This document shows positions 11,992-24,099 of a stretch of 60,000 nt of DNA, in pieces. The DNA lies in the NCBI RefSeq assembly GCF_963921235.1, contig NC_086097.1, forward strand, positions 191,644,001-191,704,000, in the 5' to 3' direction. The position numbers and the translations under genes were made by a program. How positions within the stretch are numbered: the first letter of the stretch is position 1; each line of letters opens with the position of its first letter. This DNA is from Mobula hypostoma (taxonomy: Eukaryota). The notes beneath the pieces were generated by a model, which had not been told where the DNA came from, made no database searches, and saw nothing but the letters and a program-made list of their open reading frames with translations.

Positions 11992-13260
11992 GGTAATACC
12001 GTTCCGCCTGACCGGAAGTGCACTGAGAGCGGTAAGCAGCATGAAGGAGTGGGGTGCTTACTGATCTGGCTAACAATGGATGGTGCAATCCGGGGTATAT
12101 TACGATCGAGGAACGTGTTTGCAGACTGGATATTGAACTTTTTACTGTTGGACTTAGGCCACATTCCACCGTGATACAACACTTGGCGGCACGGGAGGTC
12201 GTTCCTGCTTGTGGCCATCGAACGTGCAGCTCCTCCCGTGGAGGGTCAGGCACCCTGAGCCAATAGACTGGTCCTGGACTTATTTTCCATCTGGCATAGT
12301 TTTGCATTTTGTTGTTTGATTGTTGGAGTTTTTTGTATTGCTATATTTACGCTCTATTCTTGGTTGGTGCGGCTGTAACAAAACCAAATTTCCCTCGGGA
12401 TTAATAAAGTATATCTATTGTTATGTACCCCGTAACTGGGTTGCCAAACCAGCAGAAATGGACCACTTTGTTGGAGTCTGGATTACTGGAACTAAGAAAG
12501 TTTTATTAAAGAAATAAGTAACACAGTACTCTAATCGTAAGGATATGAATGCAACAGATTAGCAATGATAAAATACACATGTACACAGAACTAGGCTAAT
12601 AGGAATCAATCAAGCTCTATCGCTGTCTAGGGGTAAAATGATCAGTCTCAAGTGATGCAGAGTTCAGTTCAGCTTAGTACAGTTCGCAGTAATCGCTGTT
12701 GTGCTATTAGACAGAGAGAGATTAAGATATGCAAATCTGATTCAGCAGACGTTGATGTTCTTCGCAGTTAGCTTTCGGGCGAACCCTTTTATGTCTTCCG
12801 TGGTCACCGACTGTGACCCCCTCAATTCCGGATACGACCGTTCTTCCGCGGTGAACTTGGCACCCAGGCAAGGGCGGACACACACACCAGGTTCCCGCCA
12901 ATCGTACCTTTTCACCTTGTGCGTCTATGGTCAGTTCCCGTGACCAGACCTCCAAACTCTCACCAACTTGTGGGGGCACACCGCTCTTCCAGGGTCTCAT
13001 TATCTCGTGATCTCGTGGTGGGTGCAGTGCCTTAGCGAACCTGTTCTTTTTATCCCCCTGCTGGGGTATCGCCTGTCCATCAAACTTCAAACAGTTCAGG
13101 TTCAAAGCAACCAGTCTGTCAATACTCGGACTGGTGTCTCTTTCTGTTATCTCTCTCTCCTCTGTCATTAACATTTTGAACTTTTCTCCATTTGTCTCCC
13201 TTATCTCTTTCATCAGCATCAATCTTCTGATAACTTGGTTTGCCGTCACACTATCTATCT
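11992..13260 (+). mobile_element. Rex1-type LINE 3' fragment inserted in Tc1, with a solo LTR in its tail
   Basis: Apparent TSD atattg at 11986-11991 and 13261-13266. The 3' end ccaaatttccctcgggattaataaagta(tcta)n is homologous to the tail at 5060-5100. Confidence 0.75.
12419..13250 (-). mobile_element. Solo LTR (832 bp, probably Gypsy-type)
   Basis: Begins TG and ends CA, flanked by CTAT on both sides. The minus strand has ATAAAAAG near 13050 and AATAAA near 12505. Confidence 0.7.
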
Positions 13261-13657
13261 ATATTGTCCTGTAAAATGTCTTGATACAATTTTTAATGCA
13301 TTGTTCCACCAACGATTGCAAGCTGTCCAGGCCCTGAGGCAGCAAAGCAACCCAAATCATGATGCTCCTTCCTCTATGCTTCACAGTTGGAATGAGGTTT
13401 TGGTGTTGGTGTGCAGTACCCTTTTTCCTCCAAATATAGCAGTGTGCACTTCTGCCAGAACGTTTTTAACTTTTGTCTCATCTGTCCACAGGACATTGTC
13501 CCAGAATCATTGCAGAACATTCAGATCTTTTGCATACTTGAGACGTGCAGCAATGTTTTGTTTTGGAGAAGAGTGATTTCCTCCATGGTGTCCTTCCATG
13601 AACACCATTCTTGTTCAGTGTTTTTCTTATAGTGGACGTAGGAACAGAGACTTTAGC

Positions 13658-14085
13658 AACACTCACAACATGCTGGAGGAACTCAGCAGGTCGGACAGCA
13701 TCCGTGGAAATGATCAGTCAACATTTTGGGCCGGAGCCCTTCATTGGGACTGAAGAGGGAAGGGGCAGAGGCCCTGTAAAGGAGGTGGGGGAGGGGGAGG
13801 TGGGAAGGAAAGGCTGGTAGGTTCCAGGTGAAAAACCAGTAAGGAGAAAGATAAAGGGGTGGGGGAGGGGAAGCAGGGAGGGGATAGGCAGGAAAGGTGA
13901 AGAAGGAATAGGGGAAAGCACAATTGGTAGTAGAAGGAGGTGGAACCATGAGGGAGGTAGTAGGCAGCTGGGGGAGGGGGCAGAGTGAAATGGGGATAGG
14001 GGAAGGGGGGAGGGAATTACCAGAAGTTGGAGAATTCAATGTTCATACCAAGGGGCTAGAGACTAACTAGATGGTATACGAGGTC
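13658..14085 (-). mobile_element. Penelope-like element 3' end inserted in Tc1
   Basis: Minus strand reads ...SL*PLGMNIEFSNFW*, then a CT-rich tail, a decayed hammerhead-like motif and cctgctgagttcctccagcatgttgtgag. Confidence 0.7.
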
Positions 14086-16216
14086 AACGTAGAGACTTCA
14101 GCAGGTTCTGGAGTTTTTATGCACGTCTTTTGCTGTTATCTTTGGATTCTTTTTCACTTCAGCATTGTGCTGCTGGTGTGATCTTTGTAGGCTGCCCACT
14201 CCCAGGGAGAGTAGCAGCAGTACTGAGTTTCCTCCATTTGTAGGCTCTGTCGGTAATGGACTTTGTGTATTTTTTTAAAAGGACAGGGCACCTCTGCAAC
14301 CACACCTCCAATCTCAGCTCATTGTTTGGACCACCTAACTCCAAATGGCTTTTGTAGAAGGCATTGCCACAGAGGTTCACATTCTTTTTTTAGGAAATGC
14401 ATGTAATACTGGATCATTTTGCTCAATAAATGAACAAGCATAATGTTTTATTTATTGGGTTTTTATCTAGTTTTAAGACTTGCATGAAGATCTGAATTTG
14501 GGCTTTAAAATCACATTTTCAGTCATATTTGTGCAGAAATGGATAAAATTCTACAGAGTTCACAAATTTCTAAGGCTGCTGTATAGATCCAGATAGTATT
14601 ATCAGTACCCTTCTAATAAAGTTGCACTTCGAGTTTGAATTTGTGGACCTGAGCATCAAGATGCTTTGAAAATGTGTGTATATGTTCTCTTTCTGAGACA
14701 AACTGTGCAAACTAATGGTGCAGCCTATCAGGTGCGAGTACCAGTGCACAAGTTACTTGACACATTTGCCATAAAGGAACTTCTGAAGCATAACTGAGAT
14801 TTGATTCTATTAAATTGGAAGTGTCAGTAGTAGCTAAGTGAATAGCAGACTTGTGGGTTGGTTTAGGTCCTCAACGTGGTGGCTGTAGGTAAGCTGTAAT
14901 GTCATCCTACTGTGTAGAGCTTACTCATGCACTCAGCCAAGACAAGTAACTTTAGAAAACTAACATGCTGATTAAAATAGATGTTAAATGTGTTACTGTA
15001 GGAAGATGTATTATGCAAACGATTGACAGTTGGATCTCAAATTTGAGTAATGGATATCATACATTATTGTCTAGACTGAAGTATTATTTAGTTTTTTTTC
15101 ATTTGTAAGGCAGACTGGTGTAGACACAGTTTGAATTGTGTGTTTGAGTTACCTCTGCTGATAAAAGGGGGATGGTCTGACTTACTTGCAGATTGACTTT
15201 TGAAAACAGGCACTTGGTAAAAGAGAATTTTATGCTTGGATTATAAACCTTTGATGTGTTGGGAGGGGTGAATTTGTTAATGTGTGTTTCTAAAAGTGTT
15301 TTGAACTTGATTTTTGTTTTAACGGTGCTTTCACAAAGAAATATAGTGGGATTTCATTGTTTTGAAACAATTGAGCAAGTTAATTTTGTGGAGTTAAACT
15401 CCTATGTATGTTGGAAATAATTATCAATGCTGCTTTATATTTAATAAATACTGGAATGAGGAAGTATACTTAAATGTGATAAAGAAGTAAATATTCTTTT
15501 AATGGCATTTAATTAACAGATGCAAAAGTCTCCATGTGCACTGAATTTCCCAACTATTGGTAATACAGATGGCCAGATAAAGGATCTAGTGTTTCGTGGC
15601 ATATGTGACAAATAAGCTTCTCTCAGGCTTCAAGTTGGGTACGGGTATTTATTATTTAAGCCTGAGAAGAGTGTATTCATCAGAATGTTAGTGATTTGTT
15701 TTCTATGCATTTATCACTCTGCAGTGTGTGCCATTGTAAATGTATACAATGTGGTGTGGAAGGCTGAGGCAAATCTAACTGAGTATTTCATAGATCAACC
15801 TATTGGGGTATTTTTATTCTTATCAACATTTAGTGAAAACTTTCTGCCTGGAAGGTAGAAAGTGACACGCAGGTGTGTTGAATGGCATTTAATGTACACT
15901 GTTTTGAAAATACTGTGAAGGGTGGAAGAGCCTAATATATGGAAGTGCTCTACCGAATAAGCAGAAAAATGGGAGTGAACCAATGCCAAGCACTATTATA
16001 TTCAGTTAATCTATTTTTGTTGTTGTATATCTGCATCTTCATTCCCAGTGACCATCATCCAATAGGGACATCAGAAGTTTTGAGAGGAAGGGATTTCATT
16101 TGGGTCCACTGCCCCGAGAAGAAAAGGGAGCAGCAGGTCGCTGCAGCTTCGATCAGTGGCCAATCTGCACAAGAAATTAATAGAGAAACATAGAAAACCT
16201 ACAGCACAATACAGGC

Positions 16217-16869
16217 TGTGTTGCCCTTAAGGCATTTATTTGACTTTGTTGGGTCTACGCTTTAAATGATTTGTTTGTAACTATTTTCTAGTCAAAGGTT
16301 GATAATTAAGTTACAGTATAACAAAGGTAAATTGATTGTCTATGGTATATCACGGCATGTGATAACGTCGCCTCCGGTTTCGCCGTGTCTTATGTGTAAC
16401 CTCCGGTTCGGAGAAGGTGTGAAGGTGGGTGCCATGCAAGCAGCATGATTGTGAAGAGCTCTGTTTCTACCCACAAAGAACCATTATAGAAGCAATGTCG
16501 TAAGTTCATAAGAATGTATTTGAAGTAATAATATTAAGGAAGCGACGGTTGGGGCGGTGCACGTGTCGGCTTTTCAATATCAAGCGCAGGGTCGGTTCAA
16601 GCCCAATGGCAGTTTGATGCGACCCCCCACCCGCCCGCTACTTGGGGCGGCTGGAGACACTCGCTAAAAGAAGAGAGCGCACGTAGTCTCCAGAATGAAA
16701 CAGACGCTGTATATGTTTGTATTTTTTTTAATCAACAGTTTTCACCATATGATGTCAATGTGGAAGAGTGCATAGTAAATAGTTAACCTTACTACGACTC
16801 TGTCTGCATTGGCTCCGGTTTAACTTGGTGTTTAGTCAGAGTTTCAACACACTGCACGAGAACACTACA
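16217..16869 (+). mobile_element. Solo LTR (653 bp) inserted into a CR1 tail remnant
   Basis: TGT...ACA ends with 5-bp flanks caggc/gaggc. Removing it restores acagcacaatacaggcccttcggcccac, the reverse CR1 3' tail. CpG-richer than its surroundings. Confidence 0.65.
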
Positions 16870-17366
16870 GAGGCCCTTCGGCCCACAGTGCTCTGCCGAA
16901 AAAAGGTAAACGTCAGCTGCTGCTCACTGGACTTGCCATACGCTCAGAGACTGTTGCTTGGAAAACAAGACAGGTTGTCAACACCAATCTTGGACCTCTT
17001 TTCCCCCATCCTGAGGCCGCCACCACTTCCTGCTTCCCTGTGGGCCACCATCTTCTTGTGTGCACCAATCAATTGGCCAATTTTGCTGGTTTTTATTACA
17101 TGAGCAAGCTAACGAATATATCTGAAGATTTTGTTGGAAACTTGCATCACAAAGACAAGAAAATGACAATAATCTCTGATAACACACTGATAAATTCAAA
17201 TCAACTGGTGTCTTCAAATATGCAAATCCAAACATTGTTAGTTTCACTTTGGTCTTCTGTGGTGAGTGCTAGCTTTTTATTGTTAGTTGCAAAATCTATT
17301 TTATTGCTAATTAGTGCCTTTAAAAGTGATTTGAATTTTAAAATAAGTAGTTTTTAAGATGCTCAA

Positions 17367-17540
17367 GGGTGGTGTGGCTGTGTAGCAGTTTGTGTATCAC
17401 TTTACAACACCAGTGACCCAGGTTCAATTCCTGCCACTGTTTGTACGTTCTCCCATGACTGCGTGGGTTTCCTCTGGCTTCTTCAATTTCCTCTCATATT
17501 CCAAAGATATACAGGTTAGTAGGTTAATTGGTCACATTAG
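17367..17540 (+). mobile_element. V-SINE (HE1-like) fragment
   Basis: B-box ggttcaattcc and the V-domain-like tgcgtgggtttcctc...ttcctc...ccaaagat...ggttaattggtcac. Confidence 0.7.
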
Positions 17541-17544
17541 CAAA

Positions 17545-20500
17545 AATAAATTCAAGGAAGGCAGGGTCTAGTGGCGTCTGAGTGGACAGAGTCAGAGTGG
17601 TGATCTTCAGACCAGCGAAGAGACTTCAGTCAAAGAAAGCAAAGACAGGTTAAGTTAAAGCAAAGACAGGAAAACTAGGTTAAGTTTTCTTTCTCTGTTC
17701 CTCCCCCCCCCCCCCCCCCCCAAAATCTGCTTAGTTACAACAGTAGAGATGCCAGGCAGGATAGTTGAATGCTCCTCTTGAGGGGTGTGGGAAGGCAGTG
17801 AGACCTCTAGTGTCCCTGACAACTACAATGAGAAGAGTATGCAGCTGCAGCTTCCAATTATTCACGGTAAGGAGCTAGAACTGGATGAACTCTGGATTAT
17901 TTGGGATGCTCAAGAAGTGAAACATTGGACATGTATAAAGGTAGTGACACCCAAGGTGCAGGAAACTAGGTGACAGGAAAGAGGTTAAGGAGCCAGTGCA
18001 GAGTATCACTGTGGCCATTCCACCCCCCCCCCCTTAATCTAACAGAGGAAAGTCACAATGGTTGGGTCTCTAGCACTGTCTCCCTGTGACTTGGAAGGGA
18101 CAGGGAAGTAGAGGTACACTGTGGTGATAGGATTTGTTAAAAGAATGGACGGGAGGTTCTGTGGGCAAGTACGAGATTCCTGATGGTATGTTGCTTCCTG
18201 GGTGCCAGAGTCCGGGACATCGCTGAGTGAGTTCTCGCATTCCTAAATGAGAGGGTGAACCTCCAGAAGTCATAGGGAGTTGGGTGCTAAGTTAAATGGC
18301 AGGAGCTCCAGGGTTACGATCTCAGGATTGCTACCTGTGCCAACCTAGTGAGGCCAGGATGAGGAAGACTATACAGTTTAATACATGGCTAAGGAGTTGG
18401 TGTAGGAGGGAGGGCATAAGATTTTTGGATCATTGGGCTCTCTTCCAGGGAAAGTGGAACCTGTACAGAAGGGACAATTTGTACCTAAACTGAGGGGGAC
18501 TGATATCCTAGCTGTTTGTTAATACTGTACAGTAGGGTTTAAATGGGAGTTGCAGAGGGATGGGAACCAGAATGCCAGAACAGTTAGTGGAGCGGTTTTG
18601 GTCAGACCGCGGACAAAATTGGGAATCAAAAGGTTGAGCATGGTGCAGCTAGTGTCCTGAGCTGCCTATATTTAAATGCAAGAAGTATCGTAGGAAAAGT
18701 GGATAATGATGCTGAAAATGACATGGCTAGTTTACAAAGAGGCAATATGTAGTAGATGCAAAATTGTAGTCACCAGAATAAGTTGCCACATAAAAGGCAG
18801 ACAAAATTGAAAAGAGTGACTACAGGATTCAAGGTGCTATTTTTGAAAGTATACGGAATAAGGTAGATGAACTTCTTGTGAAGTGGCCTTCGCCTTGCCT
18901 TGTGTCGCTGGATCCTGGACTTGCTGTCAGATCACCGGTAGGTGCTAAGAGTGGGCTTCCTCACCTCTGACCCTCAACACAGGTGCCCTTCAGGGCCGTG
19001 TCCTAAGCCCCCTCTTTACTCTCTATATACCCATGACTGTGTCACCACCCACAACTCCAATCTGCTAATGAAATTTGCTGATGATACTACACTAATTGAC
19101 CTAATCTCAAATAATAATGAGCCAGCCTACAGAGAGGAAGTAATCGCTCTGACACAGTGGTGTCAAGAAAACAACCTCTCCCTCAATATTGCAAAAACAA
19201 AAGAGCTGGTTGTGGACTACAGGAGGAATGGAGACAGGCTAACCCCTATTGATATCAATAGATCTGGGATTGCGAGGGTGAACAGCTCTAAGTTCCTTGG
19301 CATACACATCACTGAGGATTTCACGTGGTCTGTACATGCTAGCTGTGTGGTGGAAAAAGACAGGCAGTTGAAGTTTGGTATGGGTCCCAAATCCTAAGAA
19401 CTTTCTACGGAGGCACGATTGAGAGCATCCTGACTGGCTGCATCACTGCCTGGTATGGGAACTACTTCCCTCAATTGCAAGACTCTGCAGAGAGTGGTGT
19501 GGACAGCCAGTGTATCTGTAGATGTGAACTTCCCACTGTTCAGGACATTTACAAAGACAGGTGTAAAAAGAGCCCAGCGGATCATTGGAGACCGGAGTCA
19601 CCCCAACCACGCTGTTCCAGCTGCTATCATCCAGGAAATGGTACCGCAGCATAAAAAGCCAGGACCAACAGGCTCCGGGACAGCTTCTTCCATCAGGTCA
19701 TCGGACTGATTAATTCAAGCTGATACAATTCTATTTCTGCTTTATATTGACTGTCCTATTGTACATACTATTTATTATAAATTACTAGAAATTGTACGTT
19801 TAGATGGAGATGTAAAGATTTTTGCTCGTGTCTTTGAGGGATGCAAGTAATAGAGTCAATTCTGATTGGCAGGTATGATGTAGGCATTACTTAATCGTGG
19901 CTTAAAGAAAATTATAGCTGGGAACTTAACCAAGGATACACGTTGCATTGAAAGGACAGGCAGGAAGGCAACATAGTTTTTACTAACAGAGCAGAAATCA
20001 AATCATTAGAAAGAGGTGGCATAGGGTCGAAAGCTTTTGAATCATTGTGGATGGAGTTAAGGATAAACAAGGGTAAAAAAATCCTGATGGGAGTTGTATG
20101 CAGACCTTCAAACAGAAGTAAGGATGTGGTTTGCAAATTACAGCAAAAGATAGAAAATGAATGTCAGAAGGCCAATATTACAGTAGTTTTTGGGATTTCA
20201 GTATGCAGGTTGGGGAAAATCAGGTAGGTGGGGGATATTCTAAAATGCCTATGAGATGGCTTTCTAGAGCAGCTTGTGGTTGAGCCCATTAGGGGATCAG
20301 CTGTTCTAGATTGGGTGTAGTGCAACAAACTGGAATTGATTAGAGAGCTTCAGGTAAAAGAACCCTTAGGGAAAGTGATCATAATCTGATTAAATTCATT
20401 TTGAAATTTGAGAAGTTAGTCAGATGTATCAGTATTACAGTGGTGTAAAGGGAATTAGAGGCACGAGAGGAGTTGGCTGGAATTGATTGGGAAAACAACA

Positions 20501-22610
20501 CTGGTAGGGATAACAGTGGAGCAACAATGGCTGGAATTTCTGGAAGCAATTCAGAAGGCACAGAATATACTATATCCCAAAGAGGAAGAAGTATTCTAAC
20601 AGCAAGGTGACACAAGTGTGGCTAACAAGGGATGTCAAAGAGCAACAAAAAATAATGTTATTAAATGGTGGAGCAGACCCATTGGGCCAAGGCCTAATTC
20701 TACTATATTTTGTGGTCTTATAATAGAGCAAAAATTAGTGGGAAGTTGGAGGATTAGGATGCTTTTAAAAACCAACAGAAAGTCATTAAAAAGGTAAAGA
20801 TGGAATATGAAAGTAAACTAGCTAGTAATATTAGAGGATACCAAAAGTTTCTTCAGATATTTAAAGGAGAAGAGAGTGGATATCGGACCATGGAAATTAA
20901 TGCTGGAGGGGTAGTAATGGGGGTGGGGGCAAGGAAATGGATGAACTGAATCAGTCTTCACTGTGGAAGACACTAGCACTTTGGGTGGATGTTCCAGGTG
21001 TCAGGATATGAAGTGGGTGAAGTTGCTATTGGAGAGGATTCTTCAAAAACTGAAAGGTCTGAACAGATGGTGTATAGCCGGGGTTCTGAAAGAGGTGGCT
21101 GAAGAGATTGTGGAGCATTGGTATGATTTTTCAGGAATCACTGGATTCTGAAATGGTTCTGCAGAATGGAAAATTGCAAATGTCACTCCAGTCTTCAAGA
21201 AGGGAGAGAGGTAGAAAGGAAACTATAGGCCAGTTAGTCTAACCTCAGTGTTTTGAAGATGTTGGAGTTGATCATTGGGGATGAGGTTTCAGTGTACTTG
21301 CAGGCACATGATAAAATGGGTTGTAGTCAGCATGGTTTCCTCAAGGGAAAATCTTACCTGACAAATTGTTTGAATTCTTTGAAGAAATAACAAGCAGGAT
21401 AGACAAAGCAGAATCCGTTGATGTTGTGTACTTAATTTTCAGAAGTCCTTTGACAAGGTACCAAACAAGGCTGCTTAACAAGCTACAAGCCCGTGGTATT
21501 ACAAGAAAATATCTAGCAGGTGGCTCATTGGCAGGAGGCAAAGAGTGGAAATAAAGGGAGCCTTTTCTGGTTGGCTACTAGTGACCAGTGTTGCACAGGG
21601 GTCTGTGTTGGGAGTGATTCTTTTTACACTGTACATCAATGATTTGGATGAAGGAATTGATGGCTTAATTGCAAGGTTTGCAGATGATACAGGGATGGGG
21701 GAACAGCAGGTCGTTTTGAGGAAATTAGGTTACAGATAGGCTTGGACAGATTAGCAGAATGAGTAAAGAAGTGCAAGATGGAATAGTGTTGAGAAGTGTA
21801 TGATTATGCACTTTGGTAGAACAAATGAAAGGGTTAATTATTTTCTAAATGGAGAGAAAATACAATAACTGGGGCACAGAGGGACTTCAGTCCTTGTGCA
21901 AATTCTCTAAAGGTTAATTTGGATATTGGCTCAGTGGTGAGGAAGGCAAATTCAAAGTTCACATTCATTTCAAGAGGACTAGAATATAAAAGCAATGATG
22001 TGATGTTGAGACTTTATAATACACTGTTGGGACCTCAGTTGGTTATTGTGAGCAGTTTTGGGCCCCTTTAGAAAGGATGTGCTGAAACTGGAAAGGGCTC
22101 AATGGAGGTTCATGAAAATGACTCCAGGATTGAATGGCTTGTCATATGAGGAGTGTTTGGCTCTTGGGCCGTTACTCGCTGGAATTCAGAAGAATGAGGA
22201 GTGACCTAATTGAAACATTACAATTGATGAAAGGTCTTGATAAAGTGGATGTGGAGAGGATGTTTCCTCTGGTGGGAATGATTGGGACCAGAAGACACAT
22301 ACTCAGAATAGTGGAGCGTCCTTTTAGAATGGAGATGTTCCTTTAGAGCGGGGGGGGGGGGATTTCTTTAGCCAGAGTGAATCTGTGGAATTCTTTGCCA
22401 CAGGCAGCTGTGGAGGCCAAATTTTTGTGTATATCTAAGGATAGAGGTTGATAGATTCTTGATTGGTCAGGGCATGAGAGGATACAGGGAGAGGGCAGAA
22501 GATCGGTGTTGGGGGGAGAGGGCAGAAGATTGGGGCTGAGAGGAAAATTGGATCAGCTTTGAGATGGTAGAGCAGGCTAAATGGACCTGATGGCCTAATT
22601 CTGTTATTTT
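17545..22610 (+). pseudogene. Near full-length decayed CR1/HER1 LINE (ORF1 esterase and ORF2 endonuclease-RT)
   Basis: ORF1 remnants VCCFLGARVRDI and WLRSWCRREGIRFLDHW; ORF2 remnants YLNARSI, SDHNLI, QHGFL, QGSVLG..LFTLYINDLD and RFADDT; CR1 3' tail near 22600. Many stops and frameshifts. Confidence 0.85.
18880..19860 (+). mobile_element. Rex1-type LINE RT fragment inserted in CR1
   Basis: LYSLYTHDCV...KFADDTTLI...LSLNIAKTKELVVDYR...KFLGIHI. Confidence 0.8.
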
Positions 22611-22675
22611 AAGCAGCTGGCTCTGAGAAATTCATGTGTAGTATAACTATTGAAATAATGAAAGACCAGTAAGTA

Positions 22676-23125
22676 CAGTACTGAGCAGAAGTCTTGGGGG
22701 CATGCAACTTTTGCACAATACTGTTACAATTCTATATATTGCACTGTACTTTGGCCATAACAAAAACAAATTTCTTAATGTATGTGAGTGATGAAAAACC
22801 TGATTCTGATGTGAGTTTCTATTGTATACCAAGTGGGAAGGGGATAGGGAGAGGGGAATCATGGTTGGGGAAGGGAGAGGGGAGGGAGCGAGAAGCACCT
22901 GAGAGATGTGTTGTGATGATCAAGAAACCAATTATTTGGAACGAAATGACTCCTCCTGGGGTCTCAGAGCTGGGTGTGCCTGCACCTGCGCCACCCCTGC
23001 CCCAGCACTCCCCTGCCAGCTGTTCCACATTCCTCCCATGGTGTGCTACCCTTGATTTACAATCTCTCTGCGCTACATTAACACACTTGATATATACTTG
23101 CATCTAAAACTTCTGCACAGTACTG
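22676..23125. mobile_element. Composite repeat bounded by Tc1-type ends (CAGTACTGTGCA)
   Basis: ta|cagtactgagcagaagtctt ... aaaacttctgcacagtactg|ta, enclosing a LINE-tail-like segment. Confidence 0.5.
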
Positions 23126-23159
23126 TATAATTTAACCTGCCATAATTGACTTATAAAGA

Positions 23160-24075
23160 ATGGTTTGAGGAAATATTAATTGCTACCTGCTAGCAGAAGC
23201 CAGGAGATAAAGGAGTTCTTTTCAGGATGATGGCTGGTGGAATTCCACGGGGCAATGTTGGGACTACAGTTTTTTTCACTTGATATGTTAATGATATGGA
23301 TGAAAGAATTGATGGCATTGTGGCCAAGTTTGCAGATGATTCCAATACAGGTGGAGCAACTGGCAGTGTTGTGGAGATGGGGAATCTTTTGGAAGACTTG
23401 GAAAGTGAGCAAAGAAGTGACTCGTGGAATACAGCATAAGGAATTGCGAGGTTGTGCACTTTATAGGAAGAGTGGCAGTGTAGTTTGTTTTCTAAAAAGG
23501 GAGAAAATTCAGAAATTGGCAGTGCAAAAGGGCTCAGATTCTTAAGTTAACAAACCCCTTGAGGTTAACTTGCAGGTTGAGTCAGTAGTAAAGGGAGGAA
23601 ATGCAATGTTGGCATTCATTTTGAGAAGGCTAGAATATAAAAGCAAGGATGTGCTGAGGCCGAGAAGACATTGAGACTGCATTTGGGATAGTGAGCAATT
23701 TTGGGCCCTGTATCTAGGAAAGGATGTGCTGACCCTGGGGAGAGTCCAGAGAAGGTTCACAAGAATGTTCCTGGGAATGAAATGCTTAACATGTACGTGT
23801 TTGATGTCTCTATACCTCTAGTTGCTGGAGTCCAGAAGGATGTGGGGAGTCCTGGAACAAGTGGATGTAGAGATAATGTTAACATTTGTAGGAGAGTCTC
23901 TGATCCGAGGGCACAATCTCAGAATAAAGGGATATCCCTTTAGAACTGTGAAGAGAAACTTCTGTGTCAGAGGTTGGTAAATATGTGAAGTTTGATACTA
24001 CAGAGCTATGGATGTTAAGGTATTTGGGTGTAAATAACGCTATGATTGACAGGTTTGTGATTAGCTAAAGGTTAC
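23160..24075 (+). mobile_element. Degenerate CR1 LINE RT fragment
   Basis: VAKFADD, LEYKSKDVL and QFWA..LGKDVL remnants. Confidence 0.7.
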
Positions 24076-24099
24076 ATCTTCGGTCTCTCTTTGCCGCAG

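Larger units (their letters stand above)
9977..14581 (-). mobile_element. Decayed Tc1 transposon carrying several nested insertions
   Basis: TIRs ta|cagcggtgctaggaagtttgtgaa and ttcacaaatttctaaggctgctg|ta. Minus-strand transposase remnants include YKWRK...LPGSGQPTKIT, STIRKTLNKNGVHGR and WIMQPDN..K. Confidence 0.85.

Noticed and set aside
12722..13249. 175-aa minus-strand ORF
   Set aside because: It has no recognisable domain, a non-ATG start at the LTR edge, and lies wholly inside a solo LTR.
16330..16700. CpG-rich patch as the SNX16 promoter CpG island
   Set aside because: It is downstream of the first coding exon and bounded by LTR-type termini and a TSD.
17367..17440. tRNA gene
   Set aside because: Only a degenerate A/B-box SINE head is present; there is no cloverleaf, and it continues into V-SINE body sequence.
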